From an uncultured Gemmatimonadota bacterium (lineage in GTDB: Bacteria; JAAXHH01), in NCBI GenBank assembly GCA_951812955.1, contig OX638340.1, positions 3,488,001 through 3,552,000 of the forward strand: 64,000 nt of DNA. The letters run 5' to 3'. The translations under genes and the position numbers were made by a program. Numbering within the stretch: position 1 is the first letter of the stretch; each line of letters opens with the position of its first letter. Below the pieces are notes generated by a model. The model made no database searches. It saw only the letters and a program-made list of their open reading frames with translations, and was not told the origin of the DNA. This document shows, piece by piece, positions 41,083 to 50,327 of the stretch.

Positions 41083-44000
41083 ATGCCAATATCATACAGG
41101 CTGAGTACAATTTTCAATTTTCATTTCTTTTATAGCGTCGTCGCGGTGCTGTCATTCTTCGTACTGGTTACCTGTGGCAAGGACAGTCCGACCCAACCCA
41201 GGCCGCCAAGTCAACCGCCGGTCCAACCACCCACGCCGGTCCAGCCACCTCCTGCTCCGCAACCCTCTCGCATCACCATCACGCCATCCTTGGTGAATCT
41301 CATGGCGATCGGTCAGACGACGCAGCTCACGGCCTCGGTCCTTGATCAGAACGGGCAGCCAGTTCCCGGCGCGGTCGTTGCATGGTCCAGCAGCGATGAG
41401 GATGTCGCCACCGTGAGCGGCCAGGGGTTGGTAACCGCGGTCAGCAACGGTACGGCCACGATCACCGCCATGGCGGGAAGCGTGTCGGCGACCGCCAGCG
41501 TGCGGGTCTCCCAGACCGCTGGCAGCGTCAAGATCGATCCGGACATGGCCACCCTGATGGCCATTGGGGAAACAGCGCAGCTCACGGCCGTGGTACTCGA
41601 CCAGAACGGGCAGCCAGTTCCCGGCGCGGTCGTTGCATGGTCCAGCAGCGATGAGGATGTCGCCACCGTGAGCGGCCAGGGGTTGGTAACCGCGCTCAGC
41701 AACGGTACGGCCACGATCACCGCCATGGCGGGAAGCGTGTCGGATTCTGCTTTGGTCACGGTCCTCGTTCCCAGAACGGACCGGGATGTTCTGATTGCCT
41801 TCTACGAGAGCACTGGTGGTGAGCAATGGACGGTCAGGTCAAACTGGCTTAGCGTACATCCTCTTGAAACGTGGCTTGGCGTGACCGTCAACTCGGAAGG
41901 CCTGGTAACGGAGATCGACTTGCCGAACAACAATTTGCGCGGACCGCTCACGTCCGAGTTAGGTTATCTGGAAGAGCTCGCGACGCTCCGTCTGAACCAT
42001 AACCAGTTAACGGGTCACATTCCTCCGGAACTCGGCCGACTGGCGAAACTGCGTCACCTGGTGTTGTCCAGCAACCAATTGACCGGAGTGATTCCGACGG
42101 GACTCGGTCAATTAACCGGATTAGAGGAACTGTTGCTGTCCTTCAACCGTCTTTCAGGATCCATACCGGGGGAACTGGGTGACCTGAAGGGACTCAAGAG
42201 GCTGTCGCTTTCAGTCAATGAACTGGATGGACCGGTCCCGGCAGAATTGGGACGACTAAAACAACTGACATCGTTGCGGCTGGACCAGAATCGGTTGTCC
42301 GGGTCAATCCCGCTACACCTTGGCGGGATGACGGTTTTGCGGTCAATGGTACTCGCCGACAATCAGTTAACAGGTGCAATACCAGCCCACCTGTCCTCGT
42401 TGGATAATCTCGAAGAACTGGTGCTGGATCACAACAGACTGGAGGGCGGCATACCCTCACAGTTGTACCGACTTGCCAATCTGAAACGGCTTGGACTCGC
42501 CGGCAACCGGTTATCCGGCGGCGTGCCGGCGTTCTTGGGCAGACTCACCAACCTTACGCACCTGCATCTGTTCTCGAATCGCGGTCTTTCCGGTGTCCTG
42601 CCGCGTTCATTCACCGGTCTTCAACTGGAAGAACTGTTGCTTGAAGGCACGCAGCTTTGCGTACCGCCGGATGACGATTACGAGGCATGGTTGGACCAGA
42701 TTCCAGTGAAGACGGTAACGACCTGCTCCAACCTGGAGTCCAGCGTGTTGGCAACGCTGTACAACGCAACGAATGGAATAAACTGGGCGGATAACACGAA
42801 TTGGCTGAGCGACCGGCCATTGGGTACATGGTATGGCGTGACCACGGACGCCGATGGCTACGTGACGGGTATCGATCTTACGAACAACAATCTGAACGGG
42901 TCCGTACCGGGTGAACTGGCTGGCCTTTCGAAGCTCAAATCGCTGAATCTCAGTACCAACGGTTTTTTGAGAGGGCAGTTACCCCGGGAACTCATCAATC
43001 TTGAACTTCGGGAACTGCTGCTGGAAGACACCCGGTTGTGCGCGCCGCCGGACGCCGAATTCCAGGACTGGCTTCAGACCATTCCGGCAAGAAGCGTATC
43101 CACATGTGATGATCTTGATCTCAATTCGCTTAAGGCCCTGTTCGCGCTCTTCAACGACACGAACGGTCCGGGCTGGCATGACCGGACAAACTGGAACAGT
43201 GATGCGCCGCTGGAGGAATGGTACGGCATCACGGTAGACGAGGACGGCAGGATAACCGAACTGAATCTTGCCGGCAACAATCTCAGCGGCTCGCTCCCCG
43301 CTGACCTGGCAGCACTAACGGAACTGGAACGGCTCGATTTCAGCGACAACGAAGGGCTGACGGGCCCGCTACCGCACGAATGGACAGCACTGACCCTCGA
43401 GTATCTGCGGGTGGAAGGAACGCAGTTGTGCGCTCCACCGGATACCGGGTTTCAGGCCTGGTTGAACGAAATCCCCGAGTACGGCATACCGGAATGTACC
43501 GATACCAGGCCGGACTGGGCTGATACCAATCCTGAATGGGATGTCCTCGAACTCTTGTATAATAGTACGAACGGGAAGGACTGGACGAACAATGAGAACT
43601 GGTTAAGCGAAGCGCCCTTGGATCAGTGGTACGGCATAAAGACGGACGAGGAAGGAAGAGTGACTGAACTTAATCTGGAAGACAACAACCTGTCTGGCGA
43701 ACTACCCCCAAGACTGGGAGATCTAATCGGACTCACGTCGCTGGAACTTTCGTTTAATAAACTTTCGGGTTCAATTCCCGCTGAACTCGGACAGTTGACA
43801 GCCCTTGAAACTTTGTTTCTGGACGATAACGCCCTTTCGGGTCCGATACCCGCCGAACTCGGACAATTTTCCGGCCTGCGAAGATTGGATCTGGGCTGGA
43901 ACGATCTCTCTGGCGTGATTCCCGCTGAACTCAGGCAGTTGACGGGCCTTACCTCGCTCGGTCTGCGCTTCAACAACCTTTCGGGCGTGATTCCCGCTTT

Positions 44001-46005
44001 CCTCGGACAGTTGACCGGCCTTGAAACTTTGTATCTGGACGGTAACGCCCTTTCGGGTCCGATACCCGCCGAACTCGGACAGTTGACCGGCCTGCAATGG
44101 TTGCTTTTGGACGACAACAACCTTTCGGGCGTGATTCCTGCTGAACTCGGACAGTTGACCGGCCTGCAATGGTTGCTTTTGGACGACAACAACCTTTCGG
44201 GCGTGATTCCTGCTGAACTCGGACAGTTGACCGGCCTGCGAAGATTGGGGCTGGGCAATAACAATTTTTCGGGGGTGATACCTGCCGAACTCGGACAGTT
44301 GACCGACCTGGGAAGATTGAGGGTGGACAATAACAATCTCTCTGGCTCGATCCCTCGCGAATTAGGTCAGTTGACAAGCCTCAGAACGCTGGATCTTGGC
44401 TCGAATCCCCTTCTGTCAGGCGCGTTGCCCGAATCTATTACGACGCTGCGACTGGAGACGCTTCTACTGGGTAATACGGCACTCTGCATGCCAATGACAA
44501 CCACATTTCGGACCTGGTTGCAGAGTATTCAGAACCACAGGGTGGCTTCTTGTCTCGAGTACACCGGCGCAACCGCGTACATGACGCAGGCCGCACAATC
44601 ACTGGCCCATCCCGTGCCGCTGGTAGCCGGTGAGGCTGCGTTGCTGCGCGTGTTCATAACAGCCGATTCGGACGTAGGAGCGAGCATGCCTCCCGTTCAG
44701 GCAGTCTTCTTCAACGGGAACCAGATCGTCCACTCTGTGGAGATCCCGGAACAGGATACGGCTGTTCCGGAGCGGTTTGAAGAGGGCGCGCTGATGTATT
44801 CAGCAAATGCGGAAGTGCCCGGAACGGTGGTGATGCCTGGTCTGGAGATGGTAATAAATATCGATACGATGGGATCACCAGGCGATGAATCGAACGTAGT
44901 CTTGCGAATACCTGAAACGGGTCGGCAGCCACTGGACGTGAGAACGGTCCCTCCGTTCAATCTGACCCTTGTACCCTTCCTGTGGATGGAAAGCCCCGAT
45001 ATTGGCGTGTTGGCGGAAACGGACGGCTTGACTGCCAACGATGACCTTTTCTGGCAAACGCGCAATCTGCTTCCTATCGCGGATTTCGAGGTAGCAGTAC
45101 GGGAGCCCGTCTGGACTGCGACGGATCCTCTCTATTCATATGAAATATTGCAGGAAACCAAGGCGTTACGGGTGCTGGACGGTTCTGACAGTTACTACAT
45201 GGGCATCCTCCGGGCAGGCGGCGGACAGGCCGAACTGCCCGGTACCTCAAGCGTGTCTGTCCTCGATGCAGAGGTTATCGCACATGAAATCGGGCACAAC
45301 ATCAATCTCTATCATTCCCCGTGTGGTGGCGCTGGTGGACCAGATCCGCTCTACCCCTATGACGACGGCTCGATCGGTTCCTGGGGTTACGATTTCCGTG
45401 ATGGCACCCTCGTCGCTCCCGGGACAGCGGATCTGATGAGTTACTGCAATCCGCAATGGATCAGCGAATATGGGTTCACCCGGGCTATGAATCACCGGGG
45501 CACAGCGCCGCGGCTGATGGCTGCCATCGCCCGATTCAGTTCGAAGGGACTGCTGGTTTGGGGAGGGGTAAATGAGGAAGGTGAATTGGAACTGGAGCCA
45601 AGTTTTGCGGTCAATTCCGGCCCATCAGTCCCCTTGCTGTCCGGACCTTACCGACTCACGGGTCAAGCCGCGGATGGCATCGTTTTATTCTCCGTAGACT
45701 TCGGAATGGCCGAACTGGGAGACGGACCGGGTAATGCCTTTGCTTTCGTACTACCAGTACAACCCGGCCGGGCGGAAAGGCTTTACACCATTACATTGTC
45801 CGGTCCCGAAGGCGTCGCAACCTTAGACAGGGACGGCGATCGCAGCGCTGCGCTGCTGTTGGATCGGGACACGGGAACAGTCCGCGGTATATTGCGTGAC
45901 TGGCTGGATCCTTCAAGCATATCACCCAGCGCACGGCCCACGCTTCCGGAGCCGGGTCTGGAGATCGTCGTAAGCCCCGGCGTTCCCGAACCGGATTCCT
46001 GGTAG
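41083..46005 (+). CDS. Giant lipoprotein (1640 aa): Pro-rich linker, two Big_2 domains, four capped LRR modules, C-terminal metzincin-type protease domain
   Basis: Lipobox FFVLVTCGKDSPTQP. Two near-identical Big_2 units (QLTA.VLDQNGQPVPGAVVAWSSSDEDVATVSGQGLVTA.SNGTATITAMAGSVS). Four N-cap/cap pairs. The C-terminal domain runs from ~44556 with HEIGHNINLYH and DLMSYC. Confidence 0.92.
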   Translation: MPISYRLSTIFNFHFFYSVVAVLSFFVLVTCGKDSPTQPRPPSQPPVQPPTPVQPPPAPQPSRITITPSLVNLMAIGQTTQLTASVLDQNGQPVPGAVVAWSSSDEDVATVSGQGLVTAVSNGTATITAMAGSVSATASVRVSQTAGSVKIDPDMATLMAIGETAQLTAVVLDQNGQPVPGAVVAWSSSDEDVATVSGQGLVTALSNGTATITAMAGSVSDSALVTVLVPRTDRDVLIAFYESTGGEQWTVRSNWLSVHPLETWLGVTVNSEGLVTEIDLPNNNLRGPLTSELGYLEELATLRLNHNQLTGHIPPELGRLAKLRHLVLSSNQLTGVIPTGLGQLTGLEELLLSFNRLSGSIPGELGDLKGLKRLSLSVNELDGPVPAELGRLKQLTSLRLDQNRLSGSIPLHLGGMTVLRSMVLADNQLTGAIPAHLSSLDNLEELVLDHNRLEGGIPSQLYRLANLKRLGLAGNRLSGGVPAFLGRLTNLTHLHLFSNRGLSGVLPRSFTGLQLEELLLEGTQLCVPPDDDYEAWLDQIPVKTVTTCSNLESSVLATLYNATNGINWADNTNWLSDRPLGTWYGVTTDADGYVTGIDLTNNNLNGSVPGELAGLSKLKSLNLSTNGFLRGQLPRELINLELRELLLEDTRLCAPPDAEFQDWLQTIPARSVSTCDDLDLNSLKALFALFNDTNGPGWHDRTNWNSDAPLEEWYGITVDEDGRITELNLAGNNLSGSLPADLAALTELERLDFSDNEGLTGPLPHEWTALTLEYLRVEGTQLCAPPDTGFQAWLNEIPEYGIPECTDTRPDWADTNPEWDVLELLYNSTNGKDWTNNENWLSEAPLDQWYGIKTDEEGRVTELNLEDNNLSGELPPRLGDLIGLTSLELSFNKLSGSIPAELGQLTALETLFLDDNALSGPIPAELGQFSGLRRLDLGWNDLSGVIPAELRQLTGLTSLGLRFNNLSGVIPAFLGQLTGLETLYLDGNALSGPIPAELGQLTGLQWLLLDDNNLSGVIPAELGQLTGLQWLLLDDNNLSGVIPAELGQLTGLRRLGLGNNNFSGVIPAELGQLTDLGRLRVDNNNLSGSIPRELGQLTSLRTLDLGSNPLLSGALPESITTLRLETLLLGNTALCMPMTTTFRTWLQSIQNHRVASCLEYTGATAYMTQAAQSLAHPVPLVAGEAALLRVFITADSDVGASMPPVQAVFFNGNQIVHSVEIPEQDTAVPERFEEGALMYSANAEVPGTVVMPGLEMVINIDTMGSPGDESNVVLRIPETGRQPLDVRTVPPFNLTLVPFLWMESPDIGVLAETDGLTANDDLFWQTRNLLPIADFEVAVREPVWTATDPLYSYEILQETKALRVLDGSDSYYMGILRAGGGQAELPGTSSVSVLDAEVIAHEIGHNINLYHSPCGGAGGPDPLYPYDDGSIGSWGYDFRDGTLVAPGTADLMSYCNPQWISEYGFTRAMNHRGTAPRLMAAIARFSSKGLLVWGGVNEEGELELEPSFAVNSGPSVPLLSGPYRLTGQAADGIVLFSVDFGMAELGDGPGNAFAFVLPVQPGRAERLYTITLSGPEGVATLDRDGDRSAALLLDRDTGTVRGILRDWLDPSSISPSARPTLPEPGLEIVVSPGVPEPDSW
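44071..44238 (+). repeat. Exact 72-nt (one LRR unit) tandem duplication inside the gene
   Basis: Period-72 self-identity without mismatch across this span. It encodes LSGVIPAELGQLTGLQWLLLDDNN twice. Confidence 0.9.
45283..45315 (+). other. Zinc-binding motif HEIGHNINLYH
   Basis: cat gaa atc ggg cac aac atc aat ctc tat cat, in frame with 41083-46005. Confidence 0.8.
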
Positions 46006-46063
46006 GATCGTTCGACGAGGACGGACGACCAGTCTTGTTGAATTCAATTCAGGATAGCGCTCT

Positions 46064-49000
46064 ATGATTCGACATACAAGACTCACATCGATGACGGTCA
46101 TCATGTTGCTGGCGCTGCCGATCCTGGTCAGGTGCGGCAGGGACAGCCCGACTAAGCCACAGCCGCCGACACCTGCGAGGATCACGGTCACGCCGCAGTC
46201 GCCGACCCCGACGGCTGCAGAACAGATTTCAACACGCGATGACTTGGTTAAGGACGAAAGCGGCGCGGAGATCGCCGATGCAGTTTCGGACAGGGCGGCG
46301 CTGATCGCACTGTATAACGCCACGAACGGTCAGCACTGGACGAACAATAGGAACTGGCTGAGCGAGGCGCCTTTAGGGCAATGGCATGGCGTGACGACCG
46401 ACGAGAATGGGCGGGTACAGCGGTTGAAACTGTTTCAAAACAACCTTTATGGACCTGTTCCAGCCGAGTTGGGAAGTTTGGAAAAGCTCGTTCAGATAGA
46501 TTTTGGGGCAAACAGGCTAAATGGCGTCATACCACCCGAACTGGGAAGTTTAAGCAAACTTGGAGATCTGGGGCTGGGTTATAATAACCTTTCGGGCGCC
46601 ATACCACCCGAACTGGGCAAATTGAGTAACCTTAGTTGGCTGTATCTGGCTGCCAATAACCTTTCGGGCGCCATCCCCGACGAACTGGGCAATCTGGTTA
46701 TAATGCGGTATATGAGTTTTAATAACAACCCCGGCCTGTACGGAACGCTGCCGCTGACTTTCACCAACCTTACTTCTCTGGAATCTCTGTACATAGGTGG
46801 CACGAAGATCTGCGCCCCGCCGACGCCCGAGATGGAGGCGTGGATAGCCACTGTTCCAGATCATGATGTCGCCACCACCTGCGCCGACCTGGATATCGAA
46901 GCGTTGACGGGGTTGTTTAACTCGACTGGCGGGTCGGACTGGACAAACAAAGAGAACTGGCTGAGCGATGCGCCTTTGAGCGACTGGTACGGCATAACGA
47001 CGAATGAAATCGGGCGAGTCAAGGGGCTTAGTCTACCAAATAACAACATGCGCGGGGTGTTGCCTCCGGAGATCGTGGATCTGGCCGCCCTGAGGAATCT
47101 GAACCTGTCTCTCAACGAGGGATTGGCCGGATCATTGCCCTTGAGATTCACCACGCTGAGTCTGGAGTCACTGCGTCTCGAAGGGACGCACGTTTGCGCA
47201 TCCCGGGACGCAAGCTTCCAGGATTGGTTAAATGGCATTCCGAATCGGTCCGTCGCAGACTGTGCCGAACTGGATACGGACGCGCTGGTTGCCCTGATCG
47301 GATTGTACGCGTCCACGGGCGGCAAGAACTGGACGAACAACGAGAACTGGCTGAGCCAGTCTCCCCTGTCCTGGTGGTACGGGGTGACCGTTGATGCCAA
47401 CGGCCGGGTAACTGAGCTGGACTTGTCCGATAACAATCTGAGCGGTGCTCTGCCCGCAAGTATGGGCAAACTGGTGGATTTGAAACTAATCGACCTGGGG
47501 GGCAATACCGGGCTCGTTGGACCACTGCCGGAATCGCTTACCGGGCTTCCAATTGAATCACTTAATCTTGAGGGCACCGGACTGTGCGCGCCTGCCGATT
47601 CAGGCTTCCGGTCCTGGCTAAACGGTATTGGTGGCACGTCCGGTGTCGACGACTGTGCGGAAGATCTTCCGGATTGGCAAGCGCTGGTTACTTTTTACAA
47701 TGAAACAAATGGATCGAACTGGGAGGACAATACCAACTGGCTGAGCGCCGAACCGCTGGATGAATGGTTTGGCGTGTCCACGGACGCTAGCGGACGGGTG
47801 ACTGCTCTGGAGCTTGCCTGGAACAACCTTTTGGGGCCGTTACCTGCCGCCCTGAGTCGTCTGGACAAGCTTGAACGCCTGAATTTAGGAGCAAACGAAC
47901 TGTCCGGCCCTATCCCACCCGATCTGGGCAAGCTGGAAAACCTTCGAGTACTGAATCTGTTCTTTTGTTGGATTTCGGGAACGATACCGCCCGAACTGGG
48001 GAGGTTGACCAATCTTGAAATACTTGATCTCAGTGCGAATGGCAGGACGCTAACCGGCACGCTGCCCGTGGAGCTTGGGAAGCTGGCCAAACTCAAAGTC
48101 CTGGATCTCGGTGGTAACGGTCTGTACGGGCCCATACCGGAAGAGTTGAGCCGTTTGGCGGAGCTCGAGGTCCTGGATCTGCGATGGAACGGTTTTTCTG
48201 GGTCAATTCCCAGAGTATTTGGAAAACTGGCCAATCTCACAGTGTTGCGTCTCAACGGAAACAAGGTGTCGGGCGGGATACCGAGGGAGTTGGGGCTGTT
48301 GTCCGAAATTGAAATTTTGGATATGGGCCGTAATGGCCTGGCGGGGCCGGTACCCGGGGAGTTCGAAAATCTGACCAATCTGAGTGGCTTAAACTTAAGT
48401 AGAAACAATCTGTCCGGCTCGATCCCCGCTGAATTGAGTCATATGAACGCACTGGAGACATTGGATCTTTCATACAATAAACTAACTGCTTCGGTACCTG
48501 GTGGACTGGGTAGGTTGGCCAATTTAAGAGAACTGGTATTGGCCGGAAACACCGGAATGGCCGGACCGTTGCCGGCTGAATTCGTAGAGCTGAATCTCGA
48601 AACGCTCATGTTGGGTGATACCGGGCTCTGCGCGCCACGGGACGCCGAATTTCAGAGCTGGCTTCGTTTCGTTCAGAACAGCCGGGTGACTCCGTGTGCC
48701 GTCCCGGTGGAGGCAACGGCCTACCTGACCCAGGCGAGTCAGTCCCTGGACCATCCCGTCCCCCTGGTCGCGGGCGAAGACGCGCTGTTGCGGGTTTTCC
48801 TGAAGGCCGACGGGGAAACCGACATCCCCATCCCTCCGGTCCGGGCTTCGTTCTATCAAGGCGGCGGGGTTGTCTATATTGCTGATGCACCGGGCGAGGC
48901 TTCGGACGTACCGGCTTCCTTCGAGGAAGAGACACTGACCGCCACGGCCAACGTACGCGTACCGGGTTCTGTAGTGATACCGGGTGTCGAGTTGGTGGTC

Positions 49001-50176
49001 GAGATCGATCCCGACAGGACGTTGGACTCCGCGCTCGGTATCGCCGGCCGCATCCCCGAGACGGGAAGGATTACGCCGGATGTGCGAGAGCTTCCGACCT
49101 TCGATCTGACGCTGATCCCTTTTTTATGGACAGAAGGTCCCGATCATTCCGTGTTGTCCGCAATCGAAGGGCTCACGCCGGAATCCGATCTGATGCGGCC
49201 GACCCGAGATCTGCTGCCGGTGAGCGACTTCCAGTTGTCGGTGCACGCGCCGGTATGGACTTCAGTGGATCCCGTATCCGATAACGTAGGCGATCTCGGA
49301 CCCGAATTGGAGGCCATCTATGCCCTTGAAGGAGAAACAGGCTACTATATGGGCATCTTCAGACTGGCCGGACCGCAGGGCGGACTACTGGGGATAGCTC
49401 AGGATATACCCAGCTACTTGAGTTTCTCCATCCTCGATCCTTACGTCATTGCACATGAACTGGGGCACAACCTGAATCTCTATCATGCGCCATGCGGCGG
49501 TGCTCGCGGCCCCGATCCGTTCTACCCATATGGGGATGGTTCCATTGGGGTTTCCGGATACGATATGATGAATGAATCCCTGGTGAGTCCGCAAACCTGG
49601 GACCTGATGAGTTATTGCGAACCGATGTGGATCAGCGACTATTCCTTTTCCAGGGCGTTGAGCCATCGAATCGCGCTGGGCGCTACGATCCCGCCGGCTT
49701 TTGCGGCCGTCACGAGAGGCCTGCTGGTCTGGGGGGGTCTGGACGAAGCCGGGGAACTCACCCTCGAGCCCGCCTTTGTAGTTGACGCGCCGCTTAAGCT
49801 GCCGGAATCCGATGGTCCGTATACCATCAGGGGAGAGCGCGAAGACGGCAGCAATCTGTTCTCACTTTCCTTTGCCATATCGGAATACGCCGATACCGAG
49901 GGAGGATCCTTCGCTTTCATTGTCCCCGTGCGGGAGACCTGGCCCGGAAACCTGCACCGTATAACGCTTTCCGGTCCCGGGGGGTTTGCCGAGATCGACG
50001 GAGACGGGGACCGTTACATGGCGCTCATGCGGGACAGCGTAACCGGCGAGGTCAGAGGCATTCTCAGAGACTGGCCTGATCCATCGGATACCTCGGCAGC
50101 GGGCCGGCGTATCCCGCCCGAACCCGGGATGGAAATAACAGTCAGCGGTGGTGTTCCCGATCGGGATTCGTGGTAG
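46064..50176 (+). CDS. Giant lipoprotein (1370 aa): four capped LRR modules and a C-terminal metzincin-type protease domain
   Basis: Lipobox LALPILVRCGRDSPTKP. N-caps are ALIALYNATNGQHWTNNRNWLSEAPLGQWHGVTTDENGRV and three more, and each module is capped (for example GTGLCAPADSGFRSWLNGIGGTSGVDDC). The C-terminal domain runs from ~48700 with HELGHNLNLYH and DLMSYC. Confidence 0.92.
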   Translation: MIRHTRLTSMTVIMLLALPILVRCGRDSPTKPQPPTPARITVTPQSPTPTAAEQISTRDDLVKDESGAEIADAVSDRAALIALYNATNGQHWTNNRNWLSEAPLGQWHGVTTDENGRVQRLKLFQNNLYGPVPAELGSLEKLVQIDFGANRLNGVIPPELGSLSKLGDLGLGYNNLSGAIPPELGKLSNLSWLYLAANNLSGAIPDELGNLVIMRYMSFNNNPGLYGTLPLTFTNLTSLESLYIGGTKICAPPTPEMEAWIATVPDHDVATTCADLDIEALTGLFNSTGGSDWTNKENWLSDAPLSDWYGITTNEIGRVKGLSLPNNNMRGVLPPEIVDLAALRNLNLSLNEGLAGSLPLRFTTLSLESLRLEGTHVCASRDASFQDWLNGIPNRSVADCAELDTDALVALIGLYASTGGKNWTNNENWLSQSPLSWWYGVTVDANGRVTELDLSDNNLSGALPASMGKLVDLKLIDLGGNTGLVGPLPESLTGLPIESLNLEGTGLCAPADSGFRSWLNGIGGTSGVDDCAEDLPDWQALVTFYNETNGSNWEDNTNWLSAEPLDEWFGVSTDASGRVTALELAWNNLLGPLPAALSRLDKLERLNLGANELSGPIPPDLGKLENLRVLNLFFCWISGTIPPELGRLTNLEILDLSANGRTLTGTLPVELGKLAKLKVLDLGGNGLYGPIPEELSRLAELEVLDLRWNGFSGSIPRVFGKLANLTVLRLNGNKVSGGIPRELGLLSEIEILDMGRNGLAGPVPGEFENLTNLSGLNLSRNNLSGSIPAELSHMNALETLDLSYNKLTASVPGGLGRLANLRELVLAGNTGMAGPLPAEFVELNLETLMLGDTGLCAPRDAEFQSWLRFVQNSRVTPCAVPVEATAYLTQASQSLDHPVPLVAGEDALLRVFLKADGETDIPIPPVRASFYQGGGVVYIADAPGEASDVPASFEEETLTATANVRVPGSVVIPGVELVVEIDPDRTLDSALGIAGRIPETGRITPDVRELPTFDLTLIPFLWTEGPDHSVLSAIEGLTPESDLMRPTRDLLPVSDFQLSVHAPVWTSVDPVSDNVGDLGPELEAIYALEGETGYYMGIFRLAGPQGGLLGIAQDIPSYLSFSILDPYVIAHELGHNLNLYHAPCGGARGPDPFYPYGDGSIGVSGYDMMNESLVSPQTWDLMSYCEPMWISDYSFSRALSHRIALGATIPPAFAAVTRGLLVWGGLDEAGELTLEPAFVVDAPLKLPESDGPYTIRGEREDGSNLFSLSFAISEYADTEGGSFAFIVPVRETWPGNLHRITLSGPGGFAEIDGDGDRYMALMRDSVTGEVRGILRDWPDPSDTSAAGRRIPPEPGMEITVSGGVPDRDSW
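49454..49486 (+). other. Zinc-binding motif HELGHNLNLYH
   Basis: cat gaa ctg ggg cac aac ctg aat ctc tat cat, in frame with 46064-50176. Confidence 0.8.
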
Positions 50177-50243
50177 TATCAGCGCTTCGGCTAACTGAGT
50201 CTGCACACGTCAGAAGCCACGCACCCGGCCTTCGAACCCGCCA

Positions 50244-50296
50244 CCCTGCGGGACTGAGTCTGGGTTGAATCCTATTGTATCTCCCCGGCTGACTCC
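50244..50296 (+). repeat. Right copy of the direct repeat bracketing the 14.2 kb block
   Basis: ccctgcgggactgag tctgggttgaatcctattgtatct ccccggctgactcc. The 15-mer is identical to 36001-36015. The next 24 nt match 36031-36053 with a few mismatches. The ggctgact segment is permuted relative to the left copy. Confidence 0.6.
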
Positions 50297-50327
50297 TGCT
50301 GTTTTATTACTCCCTCCTCACTTTTAT

